A stretch of DNA of 63,292 nt, filler included, from Octopus bimaculoides (taxonomy: Eukaryota), in assembly GCF_001194135.2 (NCBI RefSeq). It is 5 parts of 4 records of this genome, joined end to end, with 100 filler letters (N's around TTAATTAATTAA, not from the genome) between each part and the next. Parts side by side here need not be neighbours in the genome. Positions count along the whole stretch, not along the records: positions 49,092 to 61,060 come from NC_068987.1; positions 61,161 to 63,292 come from NW_026435590.1; 3 more parts are not named here. The stretch is one strand, 5' to 3'. Below are positions 49,092 to 61,998 of this stretch, piece after piece; the first letter of the stretch is position 1, and each line of letters opens with the position of its first letter. A program made the translations under genes and the position numbers. Below the pieces are notes generated by a model. That model was not told where the DNA came from. It ran no database searches and saw nothing but the letters and a program-made list of their open reading frames with translations.

Positions 49092-49414
49092 TATATATAT
49101 ATATATTACTAGAGAGAGAGTGATAAAATGGGAGAAAAACAGAGGGGGAAAGAAAGAAAGAATGAAAGAATGAATAAAAGAAAGAAAGGAAGCGATGTAT
49201 TGTTGCTGATAGTGTCTAAGATTTAAAATATTATTTAAAGTTCAAATTAACAAGTGAAAAAAGTTACCTTTAACAAAAACTCTGGAATGTTGTTTTAGTT
49301 TTGTTTTTGCTTACGTTTTGACGTTTTCATTCATTCTTTTTTTATCCTTCTCTTTTCTATTTTTTCCCCCTATATTTATTTTCTTTTGCACTATAATTGT
49401 CTGAGTGTTTCTCA

Positions 49415-49430
49415 TCGCCATCTAGCGGCA
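49415..49430 (-). promoter_or_regulatory. Candidate CTCF site
   Basis: Reverse complement TGCCGCTAGATGGCGA fits the CC-R-S-Y-AG-R-K-GGC-R core. Confidence 0.4.
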
Positions 49431-50367
49431 GTGATGCAATAACAAATCCAGAGATGATGAAAACAATAAGAAGAGTGTTGAAGGAAAGAAGGAAAGATGG
49501 AAAGAGCGAATAACACTGAAGCAAATTAACCACAAGGATTCGTTTTCAATAAAAACAAGTGAGGCAGAAAATAAATGGTGTGTTTAGGGTGTTTCATAAA
49601 ATATTCCTTATCAATGCTTCCTTAAAATAGCAAGGTGTAACTGCCAGACTATCAGCTTCTTGTTTCAATTAGTGCTTGAACGAGGCTACCGTGACTAAGT
49701 GCTTGTATTTCTGACTGGGTTTAGCTCGCTACTTCTCCAAGTGTTATTCAGCAATCATGCTCCGGTTTTGATTTAGCGATACGGACGATATAGACTAACG
49801 TTCTGAACAAACATTTTCCATTCAGAACTTCATTATTGTAAAGAGCTGCACCACGAAACACAAAAGAGGATTTTCCTCGCGATTGTTATTACGAAGAAAA
49901 AGGGAGGACGAATAAAAAGGAAGAAAGAATGGGAAAGAGGAAAAGAAAAAAGTGAAAGGCAATGGATAAATGGGATGGAAAAGAAGGTGGAAAAAAAGAA
50001 ATAAATCGAGGTAAAAGACAAAGAGAAAGAAAGGGCCAATGACAGTAAAACGAAGTGGAGGTGGGGGGAGATAAATGAAAGAAAGAGAGATGGTAAGGAG
50101 AAAATCTCGTCGCCAAAGCCGTGAAATATTACTTTCAAACGCGATATTAATTGATTATTTATTGAGTAGAGGAGAAAGTGGAGGAGGTATAGTTACTAAC
50201 GAATGAGAGGAGGAGAAGTAGGAAAGAAAAGAAAAGAGAAGAACAGAAAAGAGAAGAATAGAAAAGAAAAGAAAAGAGATGGTAGGGGTGCAATGTTATT
50301 CACCGAGGCTGTTTAGTTGCATCTTGAATGGCATGGAAAGAAGCAGTGTATTTAGGGTGCAGATAAT

Positions 50368-50538
<171 letters not shown>

Positions 50539-51489
50539 GGCTGAAATCAGTCTGAAAAACTGAAAGCCGTCAGCTGAGTTGCTTTGCTTATTCGGTCTCT
50601 AATACCAGGTTTTATCCGACCGAATCAGCAGAAAAACAAAATGTCGGAGAACGTGAAGAGTGCCCGAAAAGAGCTCAGTTGTCGAAACCTATGAAATAAT
50701 GCTAAGAAACGAAAACAACGCCTAAGGGGTGGGGGCTTTAAAAAATATGACATATTCACAGGAGCAGGAAAGAAAAAAAGGTATTTTATCATAAAACCCT
50801 GGACAAATTCAGAGCATTAATTCCAAGAGTTTATGTTAATACAATGCATCGGACACAATCTGATTCCGAGGTTGTTATTGTGTTGTATGGTTATAGAAAG
50901 CTATTCCGAGTGTCATTACCCCACCCCTATCAAGTACCCTTAATGAACTTTCGTCTAAGGTTTCGGTTTTGTTGTTGCAGTTGTTATTGTTGCGCTCTTG
51001 TGTTAATTGTTGCTTATAATCATTGGTTTCAAGTATTCTTTCATATCATATCATCGTTATTCATTGCCAAGCCATTGTAGAATTTCTTTCTTTCTTTCTT
51101 TCTTACTTTCTTTTTCTCTTTTACTCTTTATTATTATGGTGGTGGTGGTGGTGGTGGTGGTGGGGTGGTTATTACACGAGTTATTGTTGTAGGTGTTTAT
51201 ATATANNNNNNNNNNNNNNNNNNNNNNNNNNNNNNNNNNNNNNNNNNNNNNNNNNNNNNNNNNNNNNNNNNNNNNNNNNNNNNNNNNNNNNNNNNNNNNN
51301 NNNNNNNNNNNNNNNNNNNNNNNNNNNNNNNNNNNNNNNNNNNNNNNNNNNNNNNNNNNNNNNNNNNNNNNNNNNNNNNNNNNNNNNNNNNNNNNNNNNN
51401 NNNNNNNNNNNNNNNNNNNNNNNNNNNNNNNNNNNNNNNNNNNNNNNNNNNNNNNNNNNNNNNNNNNNNNNNNNNNNNNNNNNNNNNNN

Positions 51490-51543
<54 letters not shown>

Positions 51544-52059
51544 ACACAACGTTATTATTATTTTCATCATTGCTGTTTGTAGTAAACGTGTTATTATTCT
51601 ATAATTTTCCATTTTGGGAAACTTTTCTTCCTCCTTTATTATTCTCCTTACTATAAACCCTTTATAACTGGGCTGTGTTCTTTTATTTTTTTGTTTTCAT
51701 TGTTTTATTTTTGCGTTCATATTGTTTAGTTTTTTTCCTTCATTACTATTTCCGTTGCTGTTGTTGCTGTGTTGCTTTTCTCAAGTTTCTTTGCTGCTGT
51801 CGTTGCTAAATTATTGTCACTGCTGCAGTTCATCTCATTAATTTGATATTTATTTCATATTTTAACATATCTCGAGTGGGGAGGGTCATCACACCACTAA
51901 TAAACACATGCACTGATTCTATATCACTTCTTTTATTACTATTAATTAGTTAACATTTAACTAATTAAACTAATCGATGATTTCATTAATCGATCGGCCG
52001 GTCAATTAATCAGCTAAGTTTGTCAAATCCCTTTCATCGCCAATCACAAAGAACCACTA

Positions 52060-52330
52060 CGAAACGAATCCAGGTAAAAAAAAATACAAAAATAGTCACA
52101 CGAAAAACAGTCACGGTAATAAAATCGCAGAAAAAAATCACAGGGGTTTTGACCAGGGTTGGTGATGTTCGAGGGGGTTTAGTCCTGGTGGGTTTTGTAT
52201 GAGTCCCATAAATTAATTGTGATTATTTTCCTGTGACTTTATTACCGGCCACCATAAATTAATTGTGACATTTTTTCCTAGCCAAAATTGTGACTTTATT
52301 ACTGTGGATTTCTTTTTTCCTGTGAGCTCC
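52060..52330. mobile_element. Foldback/MITE-like relic
   Basis: cggtaataaaatc and gtcac motifs on the left are mirrored by repeated gtgactttattac motifs on the right. Confidence 0.4.
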
Positions 52331-52488
52331 AATAGAACAGTAATAACTGTTTCGAGCATAGAAACGAGGGATAAAATTTATGACGTGGGGACAAATCGAT
52401 TAGCCTTTCCCCAAAACTTGACTGGTGCTTTATTTATCGACCCCATCCTATAATTTTATTTTCAGAACATGTATCCAACACTACATTA

Positions 52489-53120
52489 GGATCTATTTTA
52501 AAACGGGGGCGCCAGTTTTCATTTATGTTTTATGTAGTGTTTTTGGTACCGAAAGACTTTCAAACTTCGTATACTTATCTATTTTGTGTTATAGAACAGA
52601 AAAATATTTTTGTATTCGAATTTATTTCATGTNNNNNNNNNNNNNNNNNNNNNNNNNNNNNNNNNNNNNNNNNNNNNNNNNNNNNNNNNNNNNNNNNNNN
52701 NNNNNNNNNNNNNNNNNNNNNNNNNNNNNNNNNNNNNNNNNNNNNNNNNNNNNNNNNNNNNNNNNNNNNNNNNNNNNNNNNNNNNNNNNNNNNNNNNNNN
52801 NNNNNNNNNNNNNNNNNNNNNNNNNNNNNNNNNNNNNNNNNNNNNNNNNNNNNNNNNNNNNNNNNNNNNNNNNNNNNNNNNNNNNNNNNNNNNNNNNNNN
52901 NNNNNNNNNNNNNNNNNNNNNNNNNNNNNNNNNNNNNNNNNNNNNNNNNNNNNNNNNNNNNNNNNNNNNNNNNNNNNNNNNNNNNNNNNNNNNNNNNNNN
53001 NNNNNNNNNNNNNNNNNNNNNNNNNNNNNNNNNNNNNNNNNNNNNNNNNNNNNNGTTTCAAAGTGTTTCGTAAGTGTTTCGTTAAGAAAATACTGGCGCC
53101 CCCCGTTTTAAAATAGATCT
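52489..53120. mobile_element. Non-autonomous DNA transposon with about 28-bp TIRs and an 8-bp TSD (hAT- or Merlin-type)
   Basis: TIRs ggatctattttaaaacgggggcgccagt and actggcgccccccgttttaaaatagatct. TSD CTACATTA at 52481-52488 and 53121-53128. Interior mostly gap. Confidence 0.85.
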
Positions 53121-53764
53121 CTACATTATCCAGAGTCTTTTCTGTTTTCTTTTAGAGAGATTTAGCTGCTATTTCTAGTATGTAGAGCTGCTATTTCTAG
53201 TATGTAGAGCAGCCACTTTTTTTTGTTAAGAAGACTAAGAGTAAAAGATGTTTTATATGACACGTTCTACCAGTGTCCCAAGTTTCAAAGTGTTTCGTAA
53301 GTGTTTCGTTAAGAAAATACTGGCGCCCCCCGTTTTAAAATAGATCTCTACATTATCCAGAGTCTTTTCTGTTTTCTTTTAGAGAGATTTAGCTGCTATT
53401 TCTAGTATGTAGAGTAGCCACTTAGAGGTTCCACCGTCCTAGTTTCAGTTGTTATTGTAGATGTTATCAGAGTTTGTTATTACTGTTAATATTTCCTTTG
53501 TATCAGTTATAAACTTATCTTTAACATTGTTCTGTATTTTTATTATTACTATTGTTGAAAAAAATTATCATTCCTTCATGTGTTCGAGCCCAGAGGTTGT
53601 GGCCATGCTGGGGCACCACCATTATTGAAAACTATCGTATTTTCTTGTTTACTTCTTTTTTCATATCTCTTTCTCTCCCTATTTCCTTATCTTTCGCGGT
53701 TTGTCTGGCTTTCTCTCTTCACCCTCTCTTTTGTCTTTTATTCTCTTTCTTCATTTCACCACCT

Positions 53765-53835
53765 TTCTTACTTCCCCTCTCTCTTACTTCCCCTCTCTCT
53801 TACTTCCCCTCTCTCTTACTTCCCCTCTCTCACTC
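53765..53835. repeat. 16-bp tandem repeat x4
   Basis: cttacttcccctctct repeated. Confidence 0.9.
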
Positions 53836-55245
53836 TCTCTTTCATACACACACATACATACTCATACCCACAAGCACTCCTCTCCATTTTTTCTTTCTCT
53901 TATTCACTGTCTTTCGTTCTCTGAGTTTCGTTTCCTATATCTCAAACCTTCTCTCTCTCTTACTCTATCTGCTCCTCTCTCTCTCTCTCTCTTACTTTGT
54001 CTCCTTCTCTGTCTGTATATATATTTACTTCTCTCTCTCTCTCTTTCTTTCTCTTTATCTTTCACTTTCTCCTTCTTTCGTCTGTTATCTATATTTCACC
54101 GTCTCTCCGTTTCTTTTCACCTTTCTTTTCCCCTCTCATCAAATTCTTATCGAAACAATTGTTACTACTACTACTACTACTACTACCAACTCCACCGCCT
54201 ACGTCGCCAAAACCACCACCATCACAAACATCAACATCACCACCACTACTACCATTACTACTACTACTACTACTACTACTANNNNNNNNNNNNNNNNNNN
54301 NNNNNNNNNNNNNNNNNNNNNNNNNNNNNNNNNNNNNNNNNNNNNNNNNNNNNNNNNNNNNNNNNNNNNNNNNNNNNNNNNNNNNNNNNNNNNNNNNNNN
54401 NNNNNNNNNNNNNNNNNNNNNNNNNNNNNNNNNNNNNNNNNNNNNNNNNNNNNNNNNNNNNNCGTTTAATTGGAGGAGACAAGTGATGCAGCGACGCACT
54501 AAAACAAGCGAAACAGCTATCAACTGAAAGTCATAGATTTCTGATGACTGGCCTTGAACTTTGTCTCGCCTGGCCTGGATGGACATTACTGCTGCGCTGT
54601 AGTAAGTTGGTTCAACAAGCACGCTGACCATGTACGTAACGTTTCCTATAGTCATTACCGTATACCGTATACACTTAATAAAAAAACAATCTCTTGCTTC
54701 GCCATTTTCCAGACAATAAATCAACTTTTATTGTCTTATTTGGAATGATGTTGTTCTTGGTGGTGGTGGTGGTGGTGGTTTTGGTGGTGGTGGTGAACAC
54801 CATGTCAGTTGTGATCGAGCAGACCAATGATCAAATGCGTTCCTACTATGAAACATGTATTCTAACAATTGTATTTAGGCGTGGCTGTCTGGTAAGATCT
54901 GGCTGGAGAAGATGTATCTGTCACGAGACAGATTATGAGAAGATGGAAGCCAGTGGCGAGGAAGCTGGGAGTGTTTGGCACCAGGTAAGTGGAAGCCAAA
55001 AACAAGGAAAAGAAAGGGCAAGGGGTCTATCCTGGTGGTCGGATGCCTATCCTTCAGGAAAGCCATTACAAATTGCATCTGTAATGAGCAATGCTTTAAT
55101 CGAACATTGTAAATATAATCAAATTATTATTGTATATTTAAAATTATGAATATTTAATCGATACAGCTACTTCACCCCTTTAATGTTTCTCTGTCCTTGT
55201 TCGTCCCCTCTTTGTAATGCCTTTATGACAAATATTTATGAAATA

Positions 55246-55392
55246 AAGTAGCTTGCTTACCAACCACATGGTCCTGGGTTCAGTCCTACTGCGTGGCTCC
55301 TTGGACAAGCGTCTTCCTCTATAGCCTCGGGCCGACCAAAGCTTTGTGAGTGGATTTGGTTGATGGAAACTGAAAGAAGCCCGTCGTATATA
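55246..55392 (+). mobile_element. SINE family A, 5' part, directly after a family-B tail fragment
   Basis: aagtagcttgcttaccaaccacatgg..gaaagaagcccgtcgtat. Preceded by the B2-type tail tctgtccttgttcgtcccctc at about 55190. Confidence 0.85.
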
Positions 55393-55394
55393 TA

Positions 55395-55697
55395 TAGTTA
55401 CGGCCCACCCGTAACTACAAAGGGGCCCACCTGCAACTATAAGGAGGCCCACCCGCAAGTACAATGCTATCATATAATTTTTTTTTTATTCTGTTAAAAG
55501 TATTCTTTTCAACTATCTACAAACACAACCAGGCTGAAATGATTAATGCATTCTTGCTGGCGTGAATCAAAAAGTTCTCAAACTTGAGGGGATGGGCGCC
55601 TTAGATACTAACATGGGTCTCCATATATGGATTCTAATGGCGCAGGCGCCCACTTGCCATCGGGCAAGCTGGCAACTTGGCCAGTCCGCCACTAGCG
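55395..55697. mobile_element. Possible hAT-like MITE right part
   Basis: Three ggcccacc repeats at 55403-55455 and a TIR-like end ggccagtccgccacta. Partner end not found. Confidence 0.3.
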
Positions 55698-56409
55698 TTG
55701 AGTATGAGAATTTTAGCTGCTTCGGATTCAATGACACATGCGTATCCTCGTCTGACTGGAGTGAAAACACTGTTATATCAACCTTAGTTTCTCCGTGTTT
55801 TATCTCCATACCGAAATACCATTTATATTCTATGTACATAAATAGTGCTAGAAATAGAATATAAATAGAGCTAGAAAATGTGTTAGTTTTGCAACGGTGG
55901 TAAAGTCTGTGGTACTGTTGCTATATATCGAAACTTAAGTCTGTACGGTTACAGATTTTGGTATCCAGCTGTGTTAAAGAAGTGAGCATATGTCAACGGT
56001 TTTCTTTGAAGTAGAACGCTAACTGGCACATGAGACGGATAATTGTTAAAGTATACTCTTTTATGATATCCTTATCCTTAAATGTTCTTTTTTATTTTCC
56101 TAAAATTCCAGACAAGTCTGTGGTTAAAGATCGAATGAATATGCTGTTTCTTTTTCCTTTATTTTTTTATTTCCCCTAATATATTTGTATTTCTTTGTAT
56201 TTCCTTGTTCCTCTTTGTCAGTGGAACGCTAAAAATATTTTAGTACGGGTATAAAATGTGAAAAAAACTGAAGATGGTACAACAGAGCTTTGACTCTGGT
56301 CACCCACCGATGCGCATGTGCGAATCATGTACAAATCATGTACGAAGCAATTATAACGAATCACTAAAGATGTGTTAAAGAATTTCTTTATCTTCTTATT
56401 TGGATTGTG

Positions 56410-56646
56410 TGTGTTATTTCTTTACTACCCACAAGGGGCTACACACAGAGGGGACAAACAAGGACAGACAAACGGATTAAGTCGATTATATCGACCCCAG
56501 TGCGTAACTGGTACTTATTTAATCGACCCCGAAAGGATGAAAGGCAAAGTCGACCTCGACGGAATTTGAACTCAGAACGTAGCGGCAGACGAAATACCGC
56601 TAAGCATTTCGCCCGGCGTGCTAACGTTTCTGCCAGCTCGCCGCCT
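56410..56646 (-). mobile_element. SINE family B (B2 tail), near consensus
   Basis: Reverse complement of 20876-21103. Confidence 0.9.
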
Positions 56647-56650
56647 TATT

Positions 56651-56716
<66 letters not shown>

Positions 56717-56744
56717 TTCATGATATATTTACTACGATCATCGA

Positions 56745-57390
56745 CTTAGTTGCCATACAGACTGATCAGTGACTCGAAACTGTAATCGATGGGATTCTTT
56801 TCGTACCAATGGAATCTGAACAAACCACCACTTTTAACACTACAACATATCTTTACTTGACTAGAAAGCAAACATCTACTTTGTGATATCAACGCAACAC
56901 CAGATTCTAAGAATGTAAGCAACAGTGAGATGTTATGAAGTTGCAAGTTTATACAAGACATTACCAACAGCCATATTTCACTGAGAATTAATTGAAAAAC
57001 TGGCAGGATAGCGGTTTATGTAATAAAAAATTTATAGAGACGTTTACTCTATGTATAATATCGAAATACGTATATACTATGGCAATCGTTTTAGTTGCTA
57101 TAGAAACGGATCCATGATTCGAAATTATAATCGATGGAAATTTTTATGCCAGTGGAATCTGTGAACTAGTCACCACTTGTAGCTTTACAATATATCCTTA
57201 TTTGACTTCAGAGCAAACATCCACTTTGAGAAATCAACAGAGCACTAGATTCTAAGAATATAAGCAACAGTGACGTGTTATGAAAGCTGCAAGTTTATAC
57301 TAAACATAACCAGCAGCCATTTTTCGCTGACAATTAATTGAAAAACTGGCAGGATAATGGTCGATGTAATAATAATTTTATAGAGACGTT
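56745..57390. repeat. Diverged tandem duplication, period about 345 bp
   Basis: Colinear blocks such as gattctaagaat.taagcaacagtga and aattaattgaaaaactggcaggata occur in both copies. Confidence 0.9.
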
Positions 57391-58978
57391 GCTTCCGGCC
57401 AAAAAGAAAGCTTACCTAATAGTCTCCGGGTTCATATCTACATTACACAAACATAATATCTAATTCTTAAAATGTATTAAATGCTTGAACTAGAGACTGC
57501 CTTTCTAGTTGACTGCTTCAAACATACAAACAATTTAGTCAGGATTTAGACAAGCTGTCTTCCATATAATTCATGCATATTCTCTATCGCCACCGCTCTC
57601 TCTATTTCTCTCTTTCTCTTCCTCCCTCTCCGTTTCTTTTAATTCTTTCTTTCCTTCTTTCTTTCTTCCTTCCTTCCAATATTTATATATTTATTACGTT
57701 GTATATTCCAATTTCTTCTTCTTTTTGCCCATTTATCTATCACTTTCCAACTTCCTACTCCTCCTCTTCCTCCTTCTCTTCCTCCTTCTCTTCCTCCTTC
57801 TCTTCCTCCTCNNNNNNNNNNNNNNNNNNNNNNNNNNNNNNNNNNNNNNNNNNNNNNNNNNNNNNNNNNNNNNNNNNNNNNNNNNNNNNNNNNNNNNNNN
57901 NNNNNNNNNNNNNNNNNNNNNNNNNNNNNNNNNNNNNNNNNNNNNNNNNNNNNNNNNNNNNNNNNNNNNNNNNNNNNNNNNNNNNNNNNNNNNNNNNNNN
58001 NNNNNNNNNNNNNNNNNNNNNNNNNNNNNNNNNNNNNNNNNNNNNNNNNNNNNNNNNNNNNNNNNNNNNNNNNNNNNNNNNNNNNNNNNNNNNNNNNNNN
58101 NNNNNNNNNNNNNNNNNNNNNNNNNNNNNNNNNNNNNNNNNNNNNNNNNNNNNNNNNNNNNNNNNNNNNNNNNNNNNNNNNNNNNNNNNNNNNNNNNNNN
58201 NNNNTACATACATGTATATATACGTCTATATGTATATATATATGTATACATATAAATGTACCTGCATGTATACGTATGTGTATATGCGTGAGTGTATGTG
58301 TGCATGTATATATAGCAATGCGTGCGCTAAATAATAGAAACGAAGGCTTATTGAATGAAATAACTTACAGCATTTCATTACATTTTTTGCATGCACTTTC
58401 TAAGTTAAAATCCTGCCAAAAGACAGTGAATGTGTTTTGCTTCTCATTTCCCCCACAACTAGTGAAATAAATACCAGTTATACTCTCATGCCGATCATAT
58501 TAAATATAACTTGCTCTAGAATGGTGTAGCCTTTGTGGCACTATTTTATGTCTTAGCATCGTCCCTGTGAAGAATGATAGAGCTTACTTCTCTCTGTCAG
58601 TGAATTTGCTTTATTGATAAAAGTACATCTTCTCCTGATGACGGCGTTTCGGCATGATTCAGCTCCTTCAGTGATAAACGCCACTTCGGTCATTTTGATC
58701 ATGGCCAAAAAATTTATCTATAAAGTGAAATTTTTCTCTGTAACAAAACCAGCAGCGAATGCTTTTCACGCACTAGTGTGTAGAGACCTGTTAAAAATAA
58801 ATGTACTCATTTTTATTTCGGTTGTCGTAGCCTAGAATGTTTACGCTGAATTAAATCCAGTTTGGTAATCCTCAGCGCATAGCTAGCAATCCTTTTTGTT
58901 TTCTATGTACAGCAGAAGTTCAGAGTTAGTAACTCCAAATTACTAACATTGTATCTACCTCTGAGGAGACGAAACACA

Positions 58979-59045
<67 letters not shown>

Positions 59046-59055
59046 NNNNNNNNNN

Positions 59056-59130
<75 letters not shown>

Positions 59131-59200
59131 TAGATAGACAGACAGACAGATAGATAGACAGACAGATAGCTAGACAAACAGACAAACAAATAGATAGATG

Positions 59201-59240
<40 letters not shown>

Positions 59241-59252
59241 TATAGATAGATC

Positions 59253-59306
<54 letters not shown>

Positions 59307-61060
59307 TTTCAGTAAGGAAGTGCCAACAAAATAGACATTCAGCAATAAGGTTTTTTATTTCTATTTTCAATTCACTTCTGAAGCAGCATAAACACTCGTG
59401 CAAAAGCATGAATGTCTTCACATCCTTTTCTCATTACACGGATATTTAAAGTATGGAACCGACGTACAGAAATTCCTTCAATATCGACATAAAGTAAGAG
59501 TTAAATATCCTTTAAGACGAACCAAAACTGTGGATGTATATAAATTAGTCAGCCAAGAATTGGTCGAAGTTAACATTAAGCTTTCGAGAAAGCCATCACT
59601 ATCACAAAACTATAATTTTTCTTATCCACAAAACAGTAACAAGATGTCTTATTATGAAGTGTATCGTGGTATGCAACATGAATGAATACGTAATTGAAAC
59701 CTTTTCCCTGCACTGGGGTATGTACATATAACGTTCTTACTAACATTATGAACGTCCCAATACCTTCAGATTTTATGAATCTAAGGCTTATTGTGAAATT
59801 ACAATAAATTGAGGTTTTACAGAACAATTTTTGAGTAAGTGATGAAAACTTAAACCGGTGAAAGATGTGAGTTGACAGGAAAAGAATACAAATTATGGGA
59901 TTGGGTGCTTACCATTCCTTACAATCTAGAACCAGAGACTAGGATTATATATCAAATGTGGCGAGAGACGATATACGACCAGATACCGTCAAGATGGATT
60001 TGTATGCCCAAGAAACTCCCGAAAGTCATTAAGCCATAACAGAGCTGTGTCCAGTTAAAGGAGCTGTTATAAAATTCGTGAGACTGGTGGTGCGGGCAAA
60101 GGGCTAATTGTTATACACGCAATAGTTTTTCATTTGAACAACTATGGACTCGAGTTTCTAATACGGGAAATGTCGAGTTACATGTAAGATACTATGAGTA
60201 AGTGCTATGGATAGACCATAGCTAAGCTCCAGGTTCGGTGGTTATGCGACTAAGGGGTCCAAGGTAGGTCATATATCAGCGTGTGAATATAAGGATTTAC
60301 TTTTCGAGATAAAAGACCAAAGCTGTGTATAATATAAAACATTTATAAATAGAATGTCTTACAGCTGTTTCNNNNNNNNNNTATATATATATATATATCA
60401 TATTAAACTAAAATGCGATAATACAAGACCGCATGTTGCCCAAGTCATTCAGTAAAATGTTATGGCATTAAAACGGAAGTTTTTCCTCGCCCTCCTTACT
60501 CTCCTGTCCTTGCTGCATCTGACTCTAATCGTTTCAGATCATTGTAGCGTGATTTAGAAGGGAACCAGTTTATTAATTGTGAAGAAGCTGAAATTAATAT
60601 TGTTCCTATGCTTTGAAACATGAAACTTTTTCGTCGTAGGGATCAACAATTCTTTACATAGATGGAATATTATCAATAATGTATGGGAACATGATATCAA
60701 TAATGAGTGGGAATATTAATTTGGACCAAAGAAGCATTTGTTTCTTTTCCATCTTTGGAAGCGACAGAATTTTCAACCTTAAATATATAATACGTATGGG
60801 GTGGCAACATTCGAAAGCCAAATGAATGGCGAAGCGCAAAGTGTNNNNNNNNNNGCACATATGCACATATGCACATATAATATACATATCTATATCATGC
60901 ATAATATGCATATATACATATACATATGTTCATATATACATATATAAATATCTACATACATGTATATATACGTCTATATGTATATATATATGTATACATA
61001 TAAATGTACCTGCATGTATACGTATGTGTATATGCGTGAGTGTATGTGTGCATGTATATA

Positions 61061-61160
61061 NNNNNNNNNNNNNNNNNNNNNNNNNNNNNNNNNNNNNNNN
61101 NNNNTTAATTAATTAANNNNNNNNNNNNNNNNNNNNNNNNNNNNNNNNNNNNNNNNNNNN
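61061..61160. other. Artificial scaffold-join spacer
   Basis: Identical 100-bp structure. Confidence 0.95.
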
Positions 61161-61185
61161 ATATAATGTACATATGTATGTATTT

Positions 61186-61287
61186 GTATGTCTGTGTTTG
61201 TCCCCGCCCCATCGCTTGTAAACCGATTTTGGCGTGTTTACGTCCCCGTAACCTAGCAGTTCGGCAAAAGGACCGATAGAAGTACTA
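61186..61287 (+). mobile_element. SINE family A, 3' fragment
   Basis: tttgtccccgccccatcgcttg..tttacgtccccgtaacctagcagttcggcaaaag. Confidence 0.8.
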
Positions 61288-61419
61288 CTACTACTGTATA
61301 TATAGGCGTATGCTCAGCGCAGGCCCGTTCACTCGCACCATTCTCGCCACTTTCATCCACCTTTCAGCAAACTGGCTAATAATATTACTACTACTAATAA
61401 TAATAATGATGATGATCCT

Positions 61420-61608
61420 TTCTACTATAGGCACAAGGCCAAAAATTTTAGGGGAGGGGACTAGTCGATTACATCGAACCCCAGTATTTCACTGGTACTT
61501 AATTTATCGGCCTTGAAAGGATGAAAGGCAAAGTCGACCCTGCCGGAATTTGAACTCAGAACGTAGCGACTGGCGAAATACTTCCGGCGTGCTAACGATT
61601 CTGCCAGC
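61420..61608 (-). mobile_element. SINE family B (B1 tail) flanked by (AAT)-rich repeats
   Basis: ctactataggcacaaggcc..ggatgaaaggcaaagtcgacc..ctaacgattctgccagc. Confidence 0.85.
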
Positions 61609-61937
61609 AAACAATAATAATGATGATAATAATAATGGTGATAATATTAATAATACTGAAGATTAATAATAATAATTAATAATGATGATGATGATGACGA
61701 TAGTGAAAATTATAATTAAAAAAAAGATGAAGGAGAAGAAGAAGAAGAAGAAGAAGAAGAAGAAGAAGAAGAAGAAGAAGAAGGAGAGGAGGAGGAGCAA
61801 CAACAACAACAACAAGACCAAAACTAGCAAAAGGGTCTATTGTTGGCTCAAGATCACAGAGACGCGAAACGTGTGTTTATAGACACTTAATTATCCATAA
61901 AGAATACTATTCAATATCAGATAACCACAATACACCG

Positions 61938-61998
<61 letters not shown>

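Noticed and set aside
51985-52010. 24-bp imperfect palindrome ttaatcgatcggccggtcaattaa
   Set aside because: Two mismatches in an AT-rich context next to a foldback relic; not distinctive enough.
54536-54601. Candidate exon FLMTGLELCLAWPGWTLLLRC ending at gtaagt
   Set aside because: The acceptor lacks a polypyrimidine tract, and there is no partner exon or homology.
58635-58675. Hammerhead-like CTGAAGGAG..CGAAACGCCGTC (minus strand), and CTGAGGAGACGAAAC at about 58960
   Set aside because: Core substitution or collapsed stem II, and no stem I pairing.
59905-60120. 52-codon minus-strand open frame near a gtaagc donor
   Set aside because: A stop precedes the donor and no motif is recognisable.
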